From: Naegleria gruberi
Lineage: Eukaryota
Assembly (NCBI GenBank): GCA_000004985.1
Contig: GG738855.1
Reading direction: 5' to 3' (one strand)
Length of the DNA stretch: 64,000 nt
Part shown: positions 25,374 through 36,001 of the stretch, piece after piece
Numbering within the stretch: the first letter of the stretch is position 1
How the letters are laid out: every line of letters starts with the position of its first letter
Notes under the pieces: generated by a model
Told to the model about the DNA's origin: nothing
Database searches by the model: none
Seen by the model: the letters and a program-made list of their open reading frames with translations, nothing else
Position numbers and translations under genes: made by a program

Positions 25374-26693
25374 ATGCTCAAACAATTTTCTGCGTCATCA
25401 TCGGTAAAATGTAGAAATTGCCTTCATCATATTTATTATTGGAGATTTATAAAAAATTATTATTCAAGAACAATAGTATTGTCTGATGAGAGAAAGGATT
25501 CCGATGACCAGGCTATTAGTTCCTTGTTGAATAAATTACATGGTAATTCATCATTCAATCAGAAAAGAGAGGATTTGTTAAAACACTCTGGGAATCATAA
25601 ATCGAAAAAATCAACAAATGCATATCTGGAAGCTCTGGAACAAGAAGAATTTGGTAAACATATTAAAACCAACGATGAAAAAAAACAAAATGTAAATTCA
25701 GAAAAGAAAGTAATAGATGGTTCGAAGGCTTCTAGAGGTTTAATGTCAACTCTTCAAACCTTGAAATCTAAAAATCAAGCAAATGTGCAACAAGTTCCAA
25801 ATGATGATTTTATTACTAGTCAACCTAAACAACTCAAAGCCAATCATGTTTTTAGGAAACATTTTAGACAAGAAAAGACAAACATTATTGAAATGAACGA
25901 CTTGGATGAAAAGTGGACTAAATATGTTGTGGATAAAGATGGATCAATACCAGATTCAATTAGAAAACACCTTTCTCCGATAGAAGTGGATAGCGACAAA
26001 TTAACAGAAGAGGAACAAATTCAAGTGTTCTCAAAAGGATACTCGGAATGGATCAATCCAGACCACAAACAAAAGAACGTTTTGAATCCAGTTGGTGATA
26101 TTTCTCACCTCAAAACTATTAAGAAAATTATAGAGCAAAAAGAAGAATCGACAGTGAAAGAAAAACTTGGTTTAGTTGACTCAATTTCATCAAACCATGC
26201 TGCCAATCCGCTGGATAGTTTACCGTCTGCTCAATGGCAAAAACAACTTGTTCATGAGGATCTTGACTTTTCCAGTATTTCATTCACAGGTGAAGTAAGC
26301 AATGATCCATACGAATATGACTCTTACCTCATGGAAGATATTGAAAACTTGGAATTTGACATTGAAAAAATCGAACAAGAGGCAGCTCTCTATGAGGAAG
26401 CCAAAGAAAAGGAGATAGATCGTTTACTTGTTGGAGGTGACAATGAAGAAGATTTTATGCTGTCAAGAGATGGAACCATGTCTTCTTCAGATAGCTTTGG
26501 TATTGGTAACATGTTCGATAACCAATTCCAAAACATTATGAATCAAAAGGGACAAATGAACATTCCACCAAATCCTCAAATGATTGCCCTTGAAAAGAGC
26601 TATAAAGAGTTTCTCTCCAAATCCTCAAACGTTGCCAATACCATCAAAGAACAAGATAAGAGCAAGACTGATAAAAATCCAAAGAGATCCTAA
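25374..26693 (+). CDS. Hypothetical acidic/low-complexity protein
   Basis: 439-aa ORF with charged, Ser-rich composition and no recognisable domain. It lies between two divergent or tandem genes. Confidence 0.4.
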   Translation: MLKQFSASSSVKCRNCLHHIYYWRFIKNYYSRTIVLSDERKDSDDQAISSLLNKLHGNSSFNQKREDLLKHSGNHKSKKSTNAYLEALEQEEFGKHIKTNDEKKQNVNSEKKVIDGSKASRGLMSTLQTLKSKNQANVQQVPNDDFITSQPKQLKANHVFRKHFRQEKTNIIEMNDLDEKWTKYVVDKDGSIPDSIRKHLSPIEVDSDKLTEEEQIQVFSKGYSEWINPDHKQKNVLNPVGDISHLKTIKKIIEQKEESTVKEKLGLVDSISSNHAANPLDSLPSAQWQKQLVHEDLDFSSISFTGEVSNDPYEYDSYLMEDIENLEFDIEKIEQEAALYEEAKEKEIDRLLVGGDNEEDFMLSRDGTMSSSDSFGIGNMFDNQFQNIMNQKGQMNIPPNPQMIALEKSYKEFLSKSSNVANTIKEQDKSKTDKNPKRS

Positions 26694-26913
26694 CGGGCCA
26701 AATATTTGACTCTAGATTTTACACATTGAACTCATTTCAGGCAGATTTATCATTGGGTTGAACTGGACACAATTTATTATAGATATAACTACATCAAGAA
26801 GGTACCATGGTACCATTGAGTAGCTTAATAAAGGAGAAGGTCCTAAGTTCCTTATTTGTTCAAATAGGGTCTCAAACAGACTTTGAACACGAAGAATTTA
26901 TACAAAACAAAAA

Positions 26914-27543
26914 ATGGGCAACGCAAAATCGAGAGAGTTGGTATTGAGTGATGAACAAATGGAAGAATTGAAAGCTATTGGTAATTGTAAGTGTTTAATT
27001 TGTGTTGAAGAGAAATAAAAATCACGATCAGTTAGCGAAAGACAAGTTTATTATTACCTGGATTCGTTCTATGATGAATATCCTTCTGGCGCCTTAGATA
27101 AGGAAACATTTGTTAGGGAAAATAGTGAAGCTCATGCTGGTACACGCCAGATGTGGTCACATATTTTTGATCAGTTGGATAAGAATGGAGATGGTTATTT
27201 TGATTTTAAGGAATATTTAATAAGCCTTGCTGTCGGTACAAACAGTACGAACGAGGAAAAATTACTTTTTGCCTTCAAGGTGTTTGATATAGGCTCTGAT
27301 GGATACATTGATTATTATGAATTTTCACAATTATATCATTTTATATTTGGAAATCACAAGGAAAATGAAGAGCGAGCAGCAAAAAATCAAACTGTTAAGG
27401 AAGATAAGGAACTAGATGAAAAATGTAGAAGATTATTCGAAAAATTAGATGCCAATTCACAAGATGGAAAACTGTCCATGCCAGAATTTGTTCACGGTCT
27501 CAAAAACGATCCAGTCATTATTGCTGCTTTTACAATATTTTAA
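26914..27543 (+). CDS. Neuronal-calcium-sensor (NCS-1/frequenin/recoverin) family EF-hand protein, N-myristoylated, two exons
   Basis: Exon 1 (26914-26995) encodes MGNAKSRELVLSDEQMEELKAIGN, a Met-Gly N-myristoylation consensus (GxxxS). A 36-nt intron (26996-27031, GTAAGT...CAG) follows. Exon 2 encodes F-SERQVYYYLDSFYDEYPSGALDKETF (the NCS CPSG motif) and the EF-hand loops DKNGDGYFDFKEY, DIGSDGYIDYYEF and DANSQDGKLSMPEF. Confidence 0.8.
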
Positions 27544-27756
27544 AAGAGGCAAATTATCTTGGAAAATTTTAAGATGTAAACATATTGTAAATACTTGGTC
27601 GAGTTTACTTTTGAATTATGATTGAGTTTGTTTTGAGTATACAATTTTAGTGACCTGACTTGGTTTTCCATGTACTTGTTTGAGTCTTGCCTCGAATGCG
27701 TTGGTCATGTTTTTTACCACTTTAATATTCAGAATAAATATGTTCAGATGAAATCA

Positions 27757-28479
27757 TTACTTACAAAATTCAAAAAACATATTGGCAACATGTTGGTATA
27801 ATTTTGAGGAAAATTCAAAATCCACATGGAATGTTAATCTACAAGTATTTTCAGCTGGACCTTCTGCAATAGTCCAATAATTCGACAGTTTGTTAAATAA
27901 TTTCATATTTTGTGAGACAGCTCTGACACTGACAGGTTCTTTCAGAGTAACAGTAGAGGTATAGGTCTCAACAAATGGTGGAAAACCAACTGTTAAATAA
28001 GCTTCTGATGATTTTTCCACAAGTCCATCTTTATCAGGTTCACTAACTGTCTCCTTTCCATTTTTAACAAAAGCAGAATCCTTAACATTTGGAAGGAAAA
28101 GCTTGTAATCATTGACATTAGAAACTACAGAAAATACTTGTTCGGGAGAAAATCCAATAATTCTCTGTTCCACATATTTAATTCCAGCTGCATTACCATG
28201 TGTTGGTGGTGCAAATAAATTTGGTAAAAATCCTCTAGATTGATTAAATTCACTATTCATTATTAATTTACACTCCACGTTGTGCTTGCTTAGAATTGAT
28301 GATGATTTGAGCACTGATGAAAGAGAGGACTTGTTATTCAATTTCGGAGCTTGAAGGGAACTACTGAAGTATTTAGCAGCACTCACAATCATCGATGTTT
28401 TAATCGGAGAAGAACAATTGCCGAAATTCCTTCTATTGAAAAGCTGTTTGATGGTGGAAGAAGATATCGATTGTTTCAT
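27757..28479 (-). CDS. COQ10-like START/polyketide-cyclase-fold protein (coenzyme Q-binding), mitochondrial
   Basis: 240-aa ORF. The N-terminal part is Ser-rich and presequence-like. The C-terminal ~150 aa (IIGFSPEQVFSVVSNVNDYKLFLPNVKDS...YLTVGFPPFVETYTS...) aligns with the COQ10/SRPBCC pattern. Confidence 0.55.
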   Translation of the reverse strand: MKQSISSSTIKQLFNRRNFGNCSSPIKTSMIVSAAKYFSSSLQAPKLNNKSSLSSVLKSSSILSKHNVECKLIMNSEFNQSRGFLPNLFAPPTHGNAAGIKYVEQRIIGFSPEQVFSVVSNVNDYKLFLPNVKDSAFVKNGKETVSEPDKDGLVEKSSEAYLTVGFPPFVETYTSTVTLKEPVSVRAVSQNMKLFNKLSNYWTIAEGPAENTCRLTFHVDFEFSSKLYQHVANMFFEFCK

Positions 28480-28855
28480 TTTTTTATTATAGAGCCTTGT
28501 ATCAATCAGAACAGACGTCTTGAATTCTAATTGATAAAAGTTAAAATACGTATTATTAATGTTTTTTCATTAAAGAAATTGGTGTGAACATTTTCATTGT
28601 TATTTTCCAGTTTTTAATGGAGATTGGAAAGTTGGCGCGTTTTTTTGCCGTTACACAATTCAAATCAAATAACCAACCAAAAAAAAAGACCATTTCCTAG
28701 TCACACCGGTGAAAGCCAGTTCTTGTTGATTTCATCATAACCGGTTATTGGTCATTAGAAAAACATTTTTATTTCTCTAGTATCATTAACCAAGTTTCCT
28801 CTCCGTATAGTAGTAAATTTATCAACAATAGTAGCGAAATAGATCATCACAAATT

Positions 28856-30949
28856 ATGACTGAAGTTTTCGAAAGAGTTTTATTGGGCAATCGTCATGAC
28901 GCCTGTGATTTAATATTGTTCAATGAACAAAAAATTGGTCTAGTAGTCAATGTAACCGATAACATTGACAATCACTTTGAAGGTTGTAGTCATGTGAAGA
29001 GAAAAATACCAAAACGTGAACAAACCGATGAGATGATATCACTCTCACAATCATCAACTGGTGAGGTGATTTTTGATAGTGAGGGACGAAACATTACTCC
29101 AACCAAACAATCCCAAGAGTTGTTAGGAAATCCACTTTTATTCGATGATGAAGAATCCAATAGTTCAATGTGTGAAACTACTCCATTGAGAGAAACCTTG
29201 TTCACTACCACAACTTCTGAGAGTGATTATCTGGCTATTCCTTCTCAAGTTTCTGATAGCTCTGATTTTTCATCAGCTCCTTCAGATCCAATGTTAACCT
29301 TTGATGATGAAAATTCCATAATGTCATCTGTTAGTGCCTCTGAGAATGATCCATTACTTATCGACCAAACCTCAATGTCCTCTGTCATTAGAGAAGAAGC
29401 TAGTAACAACTCTCAAGCAACTCCTCAAAAGAGTCAAGATGAACCAGTAGTAGTATTTGCCACTCCAAAATCAAAAGCCAAGACACCTAAGAAATCATCT
29501 CAAAAGAAGGAACGGAAAAAGGCTGTTCCAGTCTATGAATATGTAAAATTGGATCACACTGTAATGTATCACAAGATTTCCATCGAAGATTCTCGTGAGA
29601 AAAGAATTGTAGAATACTTTGATGAGGCAATTAGTAAGATTGAAATTTTTTTGGAAAATCATCCAGATATGAAAGTAATGATTCACTGTCGTGAAGGTAA
29701 AAGTAGAAGCGTCTCTACATTAATTGCATATGGTATGAAGAGCCTCAAATTATCCCTCCATGACTGTTACAATCACGTCACTAAAAAGCTTGAAGGAAAT
29801 GATCGTATCAATGATGGTTTCAAGTATCAGCTCATGGACTATGAATTGCAATTGTTAAAAGCTAGATCTTTTGAAAATCCAGATATTGCAGTTGTTAACT
29901 CTTTTACCTTTTTCGAAAAGAGAGGTAGAGGAAGAAAAATGAATTATTCCCTTAATGATGACAATGATGATAAGGATGATGTTGACTATGATGAAGAAGA
30001 TAATTTCGAGGAAGAAGACGACAATGAGGATGAAGATGATGGAGACTATGAAGAAAAGAAGAAAAAGCCAAAGAAGAAAACTGGTGGAAGAAAGAAGAAA
30101 GGACCTCAATTTGCCAAAGATTGGAAAGATATCGATATCCAAGAAAGCAAACCACAAAAAGGAAAGCAATTAAGCTTGTTTGATATGTTTACAAAGAAGA
30201 ATAAGCCAGCACCTACTATTGCTGCTGAACCAACCCAGCCATCAAAGCAGGCATCTCTAGATTCTCTCTTTAGTCCAAAGAAGCCAAAGAAATCATCTAC
30301 AAAGAAATCATCCTCTGCTAAGAAACTAGACTTTGATAACCTTCCACAAGAGGCCACCATTCCAGAAGTCAAGGAAGCAACTAGCAACAATGTTGTCACT
30401 GAGCCAATTGTTCTTATAGCTGATGATAACAAGATGGATACTACTGAAGACATTAAGACACTAGACACCACCTCAAAATCTGAATCATCAGAAATTGAAA
30501 AGTCAGAAGTTAAGGATGGAAAAAAGAAGAAGAAGGAAAAGGATCAAAACAAATCAACCAAAAAGGTTTTCAAGAGAACTCCAAGATTCTCTACTCCAGA
30601 AGAACCAGTAGTTGTTGAAGAGCCAAAGAAGAAGGAAGAATCCAAGAAGAGAAAGAAGACTGAAGAATCTGAATCTAAAACTGAATCCAAAAAGAAAAAG
30701 ACCAAGAAGGAAAAGTCAAAGAAGGATAAAAAGAAAACTGCTTCTGAAACCGAAGCTAAGCCATCATCTGATGAAAGTGCAGCCCAACCAACCACTACCA
30801 CAACAGAACAAGACACAGCTCCTACTGGCTCTTCTTCTGAAGTTATGGAACAAGCTCCACTTGAAGCAGAAAAACCAAAGAAGGTTGAAAAACCAAAGAC
30901 AGGAGGTTTATTCAAATACTTTAAACCAAAAACTGTTACAACTCAATAA
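28856..30949 (+). CDS. Dual-specificity protein phosphatase with split catalytic domain and long Lys/Glu-rich C-terminal tail
   Basis: Active-site P-loop VMIHCREGKSRSVSTLIAYGM (HCxxGxxRS). The N-terminal DUSP strands (VLLGNRHDACD...IGLVVNVT) are separated from the catalytic half by a Ser/Asp-rich insert of about 190 aa. A highly charged K/E/S-rich tail of about 350 aa follows. Confidence 0.75.
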   Translation: MTEVFERVLLGNRHDACDLILFNEQKIGLVVNVTDNIDNHFEGCSHVKRKIPKREQTDEMISLSQSSTGEVIFDSEGRNITPTKQSQELLGNPLLFDDEESNSSMCETTPLRETLFTTTTSESDYLAIPSQVSDSSDFSSAPSDPMLTFDDENSIMSSVSASENDPLLIDQTSMSSVIREEASNNSQATPQKSQDEPVVVFATPKSKAKTPKKSSQKKERKKAVPVYEYVKLDHTVMYHKISIEDSREKRIVEYFDEAISKIEIFLENHPDMKVMIHCREGKSRSVSTLIAYGMKSLKLSLHDCYNHVTKKLEGNDRINDGFKYQLMDYELQLLKARSFENPDIAVVNSFTFFEKRGRGRKMNYSLNDDNDDKDDVDYDEEDNFEEEDDNEDEDDGDYEEKKKKPKKKTGGRKKKGPQFAKDWKDIDIQESKPQKGKQLSLFDMFTKKNKPAPTIAAEPTQPSKQASLDSLFSPKKPKKSSTKKSSSAKKLDFDNLPQEATIPEVKEATSNNVVTEPIVLIADDNKMDTTEDIKTLDTTSKSESSEIEKSEVKDGKKKKKEKDQNKSTKKVFKRTPRFSTPEEPVVVEEPKKKEESKKRKKTEESESKTESKKKKTKKEKSKKDKKKTASETEAKPSSDESAAQPTTTTTEQDTAPTGSSSEVMEQAPLEAEKPKKVEKPKTGGLFKYFKPKTVTTQ

Positions 30950-31020
30950 TAATATTGGATTGCTTAAGAGGAATTCATTATTTATAATAATTATTAAATA
31001 ATAAAAAACTAAATTAAAAA

Positions 31021-32670
31021 ATGAAAAATGTTGTTGTGTGTTTGAATAGGTGCAACGCAATTAAAAGCACCGGAATGCAAAGCCTTCTTCTTTGGAATAG
31101 AACAACACATCAACAACAACAACAATACTTGAATAATTATTATCAACAACAATCATATTATCATACTTGTTCAATTGTGAGAAATGTTGTGGATCCTGCT
31201 GGTTGGACAATCCCTGAAAAGAATTCGTCGGGATCAATTGCATCGGAAGAAGATAATTTAAAAAAAAGAATTACAGTATTAATTAATTCCTTCATCAAAA
31301 AGAATGAATCTATTCAAATTAAACATCCCGAAACAACATCTGAAAATTCACAAAATGATATTCCACAAAGTAACACTCCTGAAATGAATGCATCAATAAC
31401 CAAGCTTCAAAATAGTACATTTTCTATTTGTGATCGTATTTTCATGCTTGTTGAAAGATATGGCGAATATCTATCCGAGGGAACAGTTCATAGAGTTCTT
31501 GAACATTTTGCTTCCATGCATCAACATAAATTGAATGTTCTCATTGTGTTTTCCTATCTCAATCCACAAACAAGTAACGGAGAGAAGAAGAGACAAATTA
31601 ATTTGAGACTTTCTTCAAGCTATGGACCACTACTGGAGTCATATGGTAAATTACATTTATTCCAAAACATGACCCATATTTTCTCAGCCATCACTAATTC
31701 TTTGACTACTGTAAAATGCAATGATTTAGAATCCATTCGCGTTAATATGAGGAAAAGAAATCAAATTGTTAACTCATTCCTCTATAATTTTTCAAGTAAT
31801 GGTGGTCCACTGACAATTCTTTACAGAACTTTGAGAGAAGAAAGATCAAAGAGACTTGAATTTTTCCATGAATACGAAAAGAATCTTCCAACAGATGAAA
31901 CAAGATCACGAGAAGAAATATTTATTCAAGACTTTGATATATCTTGGGATCCAAAAGCCATCTCGTCATATTTCATGATTCAAAATACCAATGTTGATAT
32001 TGCCAAGAGATTATTTGATATCATGTCATCTAAAAATTGCATAACTCGTGCAGAGCTATCTGAAATGGTGAGGAAGTATGTTTTCAAGTTTAGAATGCCA
32101 AAGAAGGCTGAGGATTTACTTTTGGAATTTTCAGTTAACTCATCAATCAAGCCAACATTTGAGGATTATGCTGTTATCATTGTTGGTTATATTAATACCA
32201 ATCAATTAACTTTGGCATTCAAATTACTGAAGAAGCTGATTGACTCTAGTAGAATAAGACACAGAACTTACTCAAAGGCAGAATTAACCAATTTTATTTC
32301 TATCATTTCTATTTTAATTAGACAAACTGTTGATCCAAACATTATTTCACTAATTGCCAATATTTCTGCAGATATTTTCTTTGAATCATTTGAAGCCAAC
32401 AGTGATCATCTGTTACAATTATTGAAGGAAATTAGAAATGACAGACAAATTAGAAAGCACATTTTACATTTTGCAGTAACTTTTAATGAACAATGGGCTA
32501 AACTCATACTAGAAAGAAACTATCCAAGAGCCAGCTTAGTCGATGAAAAGGTATCGAACTATATTTTGGAACAATTTACAACCAATGAAGACGTAAAGAT
32601 TGCACTTGAAATTCTCAAACAAATTAAGGAAAAGAATGAAACTCTCAAAATTAAAAAGAAGACAGAATAA
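31021..32670 (+). CDS. Hypothetical helical-repeat protein, possibly organellar (PPR-like)
   Basis: 549-aa ORF. The N-terminus is basic and hydroxylated (presequence-like), then a poly-Q stretch, then a long helical body. The PPR-like assignment is a guess from composition only. Confidence 0.35.
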   Translation: MKNVVVCLNRCNAIKSTGMQSLLLWNRTTHQQQQQYLNNYYQQQSYYHTCSIVRNVVDPAGWTIPEKNSSGSIASEEDNLKKRITVLINSFIKKNESIQIKHPETTSENSQNDIPQSNTPEMNASITKLQNSTFSICDRIFMLVERYGEYLSEGTVHRVLEHFASMHQHKLNVLIVFSYLNPQTSNGEKKRQINLRLSSSYGPLLESYGKLHLFQNMTHIFSAITNSLTTVKCNDLESIRVNMRKRNQIVNSFLYNFSSNGGPLTILYRTLREERSKRLEFFHEYEKNLPTDETRSREEIFIQDFDISWDPKAISSYFMIQNTNVDIAKRLFDIMSSKNCITRAELSEMVRKYVFKFRMPKKAEDLLLEFSVNSSIKPTFEDYAVIIVGYINTNQLTLAFKLLKKLIDSSRIRHRTYSKAELTNFISIISILIRQTVDPNIISLIANISADIFFESFEANSDHLLQLLKEIRNDRQIRKHILHFAVTFNEQWAKLILERNYPRASLVDEKVSNYILEQFTTNEDVKIALEILKQIKEKNETLKIKKKTE

Positions 32671-32681
32671 ACTCTATTTAT

Positions 32682-33680
32682 TTAAGTAAGATCAAGCTCA
32701 CCATCTTCATCTTCAAGAACAGAAGTACAATGAATACAGTTTTCCAATTTTTTCCTTATTGCTAGAAGGAGTTGTTTAACCCATTCATCCAATTTGGTAA
32801 CTTCTAATGTTTTCTTTACAACTCTAAGGAAGATTTTTAAATCTCTTTCCTTGAAAGCCTTATAAAGTCCAACTATAAGATCAAACTCTCTACTCTTCCC
32901 AAAATTAGCTCCTCTATCACTAAAATGTTCCAAATCCATCCAGAATAATTCCAAATCTTCTTCATTGTAATCATCATTAATTCCAGCAATCTTTGTGAGA
33001 GAAGCATAAAACATATAACGAGTTTCCAAATGTCTAATAAGAGAATTTTCACCAGTTGCTGAATTACCACTATTCCATTCAGCATTTAAAATTTCCTCCC
33101 AAACCTTACTAGATTCCTTGTATTCCTTCAATCTAACATAAATATGAGCAATTTGTTCCAGACAATTATTTGCAGTTGCATAGGCTTGTTGGAATTCAAA
33201 AAGCTCAGCAGCACTTCTATATGTTTCTATCGCAAGATGTAAAATATCCACATCCACAATTGATTCAGCACTCAACCTCTCAGCAATTTCCTTCTCCTTA
33301 CGAGCTGCTTGGGCAGTTTGACCATTTTCTGTATAGATCAAACTTGCCTTCTTTAAGGAATCAATAGCCTTATTGTAGGTATCCTTAGTTTCATCAAACA
33401 TTGTGTCTTGAAGATAGGCTTCAGAGGCTAAATTATACACGTTGGCTGCTTTGTGTTTCTCTCCCGATTTTACCAAACATTCAGCGGATTTACAATAGGC
33501 ATCACCAGCAGAAGAATACATGTTACTTTCCATATAGATTTGGGCAGCTTGCTCATAATACTTCATGGCATCCTTTGTCTTGTTACCAAAGTGAATTTTC
33601 TTACTCAATACGCTTGCAGCCTTTTTCATCAACTTATCACCTGCATCACAGGTTGTTGAGGCAAACTCTTCCAAGGACAT
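32682..33680 (-). CDS. Soluble NSF attachment protein (SNAP family; gamma-SNAP-like)
   Basis: 332 aa of TPR-like helical hairpins with the SNAP pattern: KYYEQAAQIYMESNMYSSAGDAYCKSAE, LEQIAHIYVRLKEYKESSKVWEEI and RHLETRYMFYASLTKI. Confidence 0.7.
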   Translation of the reverse strand: MSLEEFASTTCDAGDKLMKKAASVLSKKIHFGNKTKDAMKYYEQAAQIYMESNMYSSAGDAYCKSAECLVKSGEKHKAANVYNLASEAYLQDTMFDETKDTYNKAIDSLKKASLIYTENGQTAQAARKEKEIAERLSAESIVDVDILHLAIETYRSAAELFEFQQAYATANNCLEQIAHIYVRLKEYKESSKVWEEILNAEWNSGNSATGENSLIRHLETRYMFYASLTKIAGINDDYNEEDLELFWMDLEHFSDRGANFGKSREFDLIVGLYKAFKERDLKIFLRVVKKTLEVTKLDEWVKQLLLAIRKKLENCIHCTSVLEDEDGELDLT

Positions 33681-33787
33681 TTTTTTAAAATTAATAACTG
33701 ATTAAGATTGGAGGACAATCATTGTTCAATTCTTCAACTATTTGATCCAAGAATTTGATTCCTCTCACTCTGTATATTGAAAAAGAG

Positions 33788-35338
33788 TTAATGTTTAATG
33801 ACACCTTGTTTCTTAAGGTCGAGATAGGTTTGTTTGGTGTAGACATTTCCTTCAGCATCTTCAACTTCCTCCATTTCTGATTGGTCCCAACTTTGTTGTT
33901 GATCTTGATTTTGCATACTCTTCCATAATTCCACAGCATCTTTGATCTTTGTAATGTGATGGAAATGTCTAGTGTTTGGAATTCCTAGAATTTTCATACC
34001 ATTAGCATGTCTCCACTCTTGGAAGTGTTTTTCAAATTCCTTATGTCCCCAGTATGAGTGATTACCACATATTTCACAAATGTATTCATTTCCCAAGCCT
34101 TGGAATTTATAGAGCCAATATGGAATAGGTTTACCATCAGGACCAATAGGCAAGTTCAAAGGATTATTCTTCTTACTGGCATATTTACTGAGTGGATCAT
34201 TAGGATCAATTGCACTATTGGCCTTCTTTTGTTGTTCTTGTTGTTCGTCGTCATCCTCCTTGTCCATTTGCTTTTCAATTCTTTCCATTTCAGCTTGATT
34301 TTCTTCCCATGTCCTGGTTGACTTTTTCTCCACATAAATCTTAGTTTGTTGTATTACATCAGATAGCCATTCTGTTAAGAATTTGGAAATCTTGTATTCC
34401 ATTAATGCTATCGACCTTAGTTTATCTACATTGTGATTGCTCTTTCTTTTACCTCCTCTTCTCTTCTTCTTTTTACCTTGTGCTGATGAATTTTGCTCAG
34501 ATGTTGGTTGATCTTTTTCTGGTTGACTCTTTTCCATCAATTTAACCAAGAACTTCCAATGTTCAGGCAAATCACCACTAGTACACTTTGTGTCGAATTC
34601 CTCTTCCAATTTATCAACCATTTGTTTGATGCCCATAAGAGGTTGAGTTCTATTCATAAAATCAATAAAGTAATCCAAAAGACTTTCCAAATAACTCTTA
34701 TATTTTTCCTGATTTTTAAGATCTAGTGACAATTTGTCAAATTGACCTAAAGTGACAAGATATTCCACATAGTCAATAGTTTTATGTTCAACAGGTGGAG
34801 TTGCTGTGGAATTCTGTTCATTAATCAGGTCTACGAATGCGTTATAGTGAGCATTTAAATCGACATACCTTCCATATAATTCTTCGTCGGTGAACAAAAC
34901 TTTAATTTCCTGTTGAACTCGTTGCTTGACTTTTCTTTGAGCTTGTTCATCATTGGATTCAGAAGTATTTCTATTCTCAATTTTAACAGCAAATCTTCTG
35001 TGGTAATCCTTGATTTCTTCCAACTTTGAATAAAAACTGTTGATCGTGTTTGGTTGAGTTGTTTCAGTGATTTGATTTTTCATAGATTGTATTTGTGGTG
35101 TATTAGAATCATAAACACCAGTGTTACAAGCCTCGGATGTTTGTCCATAACAAGTTGTTAATAAATAGTTAGATTTTTGTTGTATTTGTTCAATATGATA
35201 ATTTATACGATGATTTTGATATACAATATGTTTTTGTGTTCTAGCTTTGTGTTTGATTTCATAAATTACAGATTTGATGGCTTGTTCGACGTCCGTGTGA
35301 GCAAGACGTGTTTGCTCAATCATCAACGATGAGGACAT
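33788..35338 (-). CDS. SF3A3: Splicing factor 3A subunit 3 (SF3a60/PRP9)
   Basis: The C-terminal U1-type C2H2 zinc finger YICEICGNHSYWGHKEFEKHFQEWRHANGMKILGIPNTRHFHHITKIKDAVELW is nearly identical in pattern to the SF3A3 C-terminus. The N-terminal region is typical of SF3a60 and includes a Lys/Arg-rich patch. Confidence 0.9.
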   Translation of the reverse strand: MSSSLMIEQTRLAHTDVEQAIKSVIYEIKHKARTQKHIVYQNHRINYHIEQIQQKSNYLLTTCYGQTSEACNTGVYDSNTPQIQSMKNQITETTQPNTINSFYSKLEEIKDYHRRFAVKIENRNTSESNDEQAQRKVKQRVQQEIKVLFTDEELYGRYVDLNAHYNAFVDLINEQNSTATPPVEHKTIDYVEYLVTLGQFDKLSLDLKNQEKYKSYLESLLDYFIDFMNRTQPLMGIKQMVDKLEEEFDTKCTSGDLPEHWKFLVKLMEKSQPEKDQPTSEQNSSAQGKKKKRRGGKRKSNHNVDKLRSIALMEYKISKFLTEWLSDVIQQTKIYVEKKSTRTWEENQAEMERIEKQMDKEDDDEQQEQQKKANSAIDPNDPLSKYASKKNNPLNLPIGPDGKPIPYWLYKFQGLGNEYICEICGNHSYWGHKEFEKHFQEWRHANGMKILGIPNTRHFHHITKIKDAVELWKSMQNQDQQQSWDQSEMEEVEDAEGNVYTKQTYLDLKKQGVIKH

Positions 35339-35512
35339 TTTTTTTTATTTTTAAATATTTTTTAAACAATTCATCTTCAACAATAGTCAAGTTGTATTGA
35401 ATTATTGTCAATGGTGTGATGATATTAGAATATAATATTCAATACTACATATTAATTTAAAAACTAATAGTTAACTTGGCATTGAAATTAGAATTTGTAA
35501 TATTTAAAAAAA

Positions 35513-36001
35513 ATGCTTCAACAATTTACTAAAATGCTCAGAGGTTCAGGCAACATGATGAGTGCTGCCAGAAAAATTCAACCAAAGAGAGGTCTTGAGG
35601 AATTTATTGATAAAACTGTTCTTGAAGGAAAACCATTAGAAACTAGTGGAAGAGCTTGGAGTATCAAGGAAATTCGTAGTAAATCCCTCTCCGATTTACA
35701 AAAATTGTGGATTGTTTTGATGAAGGAACGTAATATGCTCTTAACATGTAGATTATTAGCCAAGTCTATGGGAGGTAGAATGACACATCCAGAGCGTTTG
35801 GTGAAAGTCAGAACATCAATGGCTAGAATTAAAGAAGTTATTGCTGAAAGAGAAAGAGATGCTAAAGAAGTTGCTCTCTTAGAATTTGAAAAGAGAAAGG
35901 CTTCTAATTATTATGCTTTCCCACAAACAAACCCACTAGGTCTCCAATTATCTACCGAAGAAGCTCCTTCAGAGACTACCTCATCAACTCCTTCCCAATA
36001 A
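35513..36001 (+). CDS. Mitochondrial ribosomal protein L47 family (uL29m)
   Basis: GLEEFIDKT...GRAWSIKEIRSKSLSDLQKLWIVLMKERNMLLT matches the MRP-L47 signature. It is transcribed divergently from SF3A3 across a 174-bp spacer. Confidence 0.7.
   Translation: MLQQFTKMLRGSGNMMSAARKIQPKRGLEEFIDKTVLEGKPLETSGRAWSIKEIRSKSLSDLQKLWIVLMKERNMLLTCRLLAKSMGGRMTHPERLVKVRTSMARIKEVIAERERDAKEVALLEFEKRKASNYYAFPQTNPLGLQLSTEEAPSETTSSTPSQ

Noticed and set aside
30106-31001. ORFs of 120-130 aa on both strands (30106-30471 -, 30544-30915 -, 30612-31001 +) overlapping the phosphatase tail
   Set aside because: They lie in the AAG/GAA-rich K/E-coding tail, where every frame is open. Their translations are pure low complexity, antisense or out of frame to a well-supported gene.
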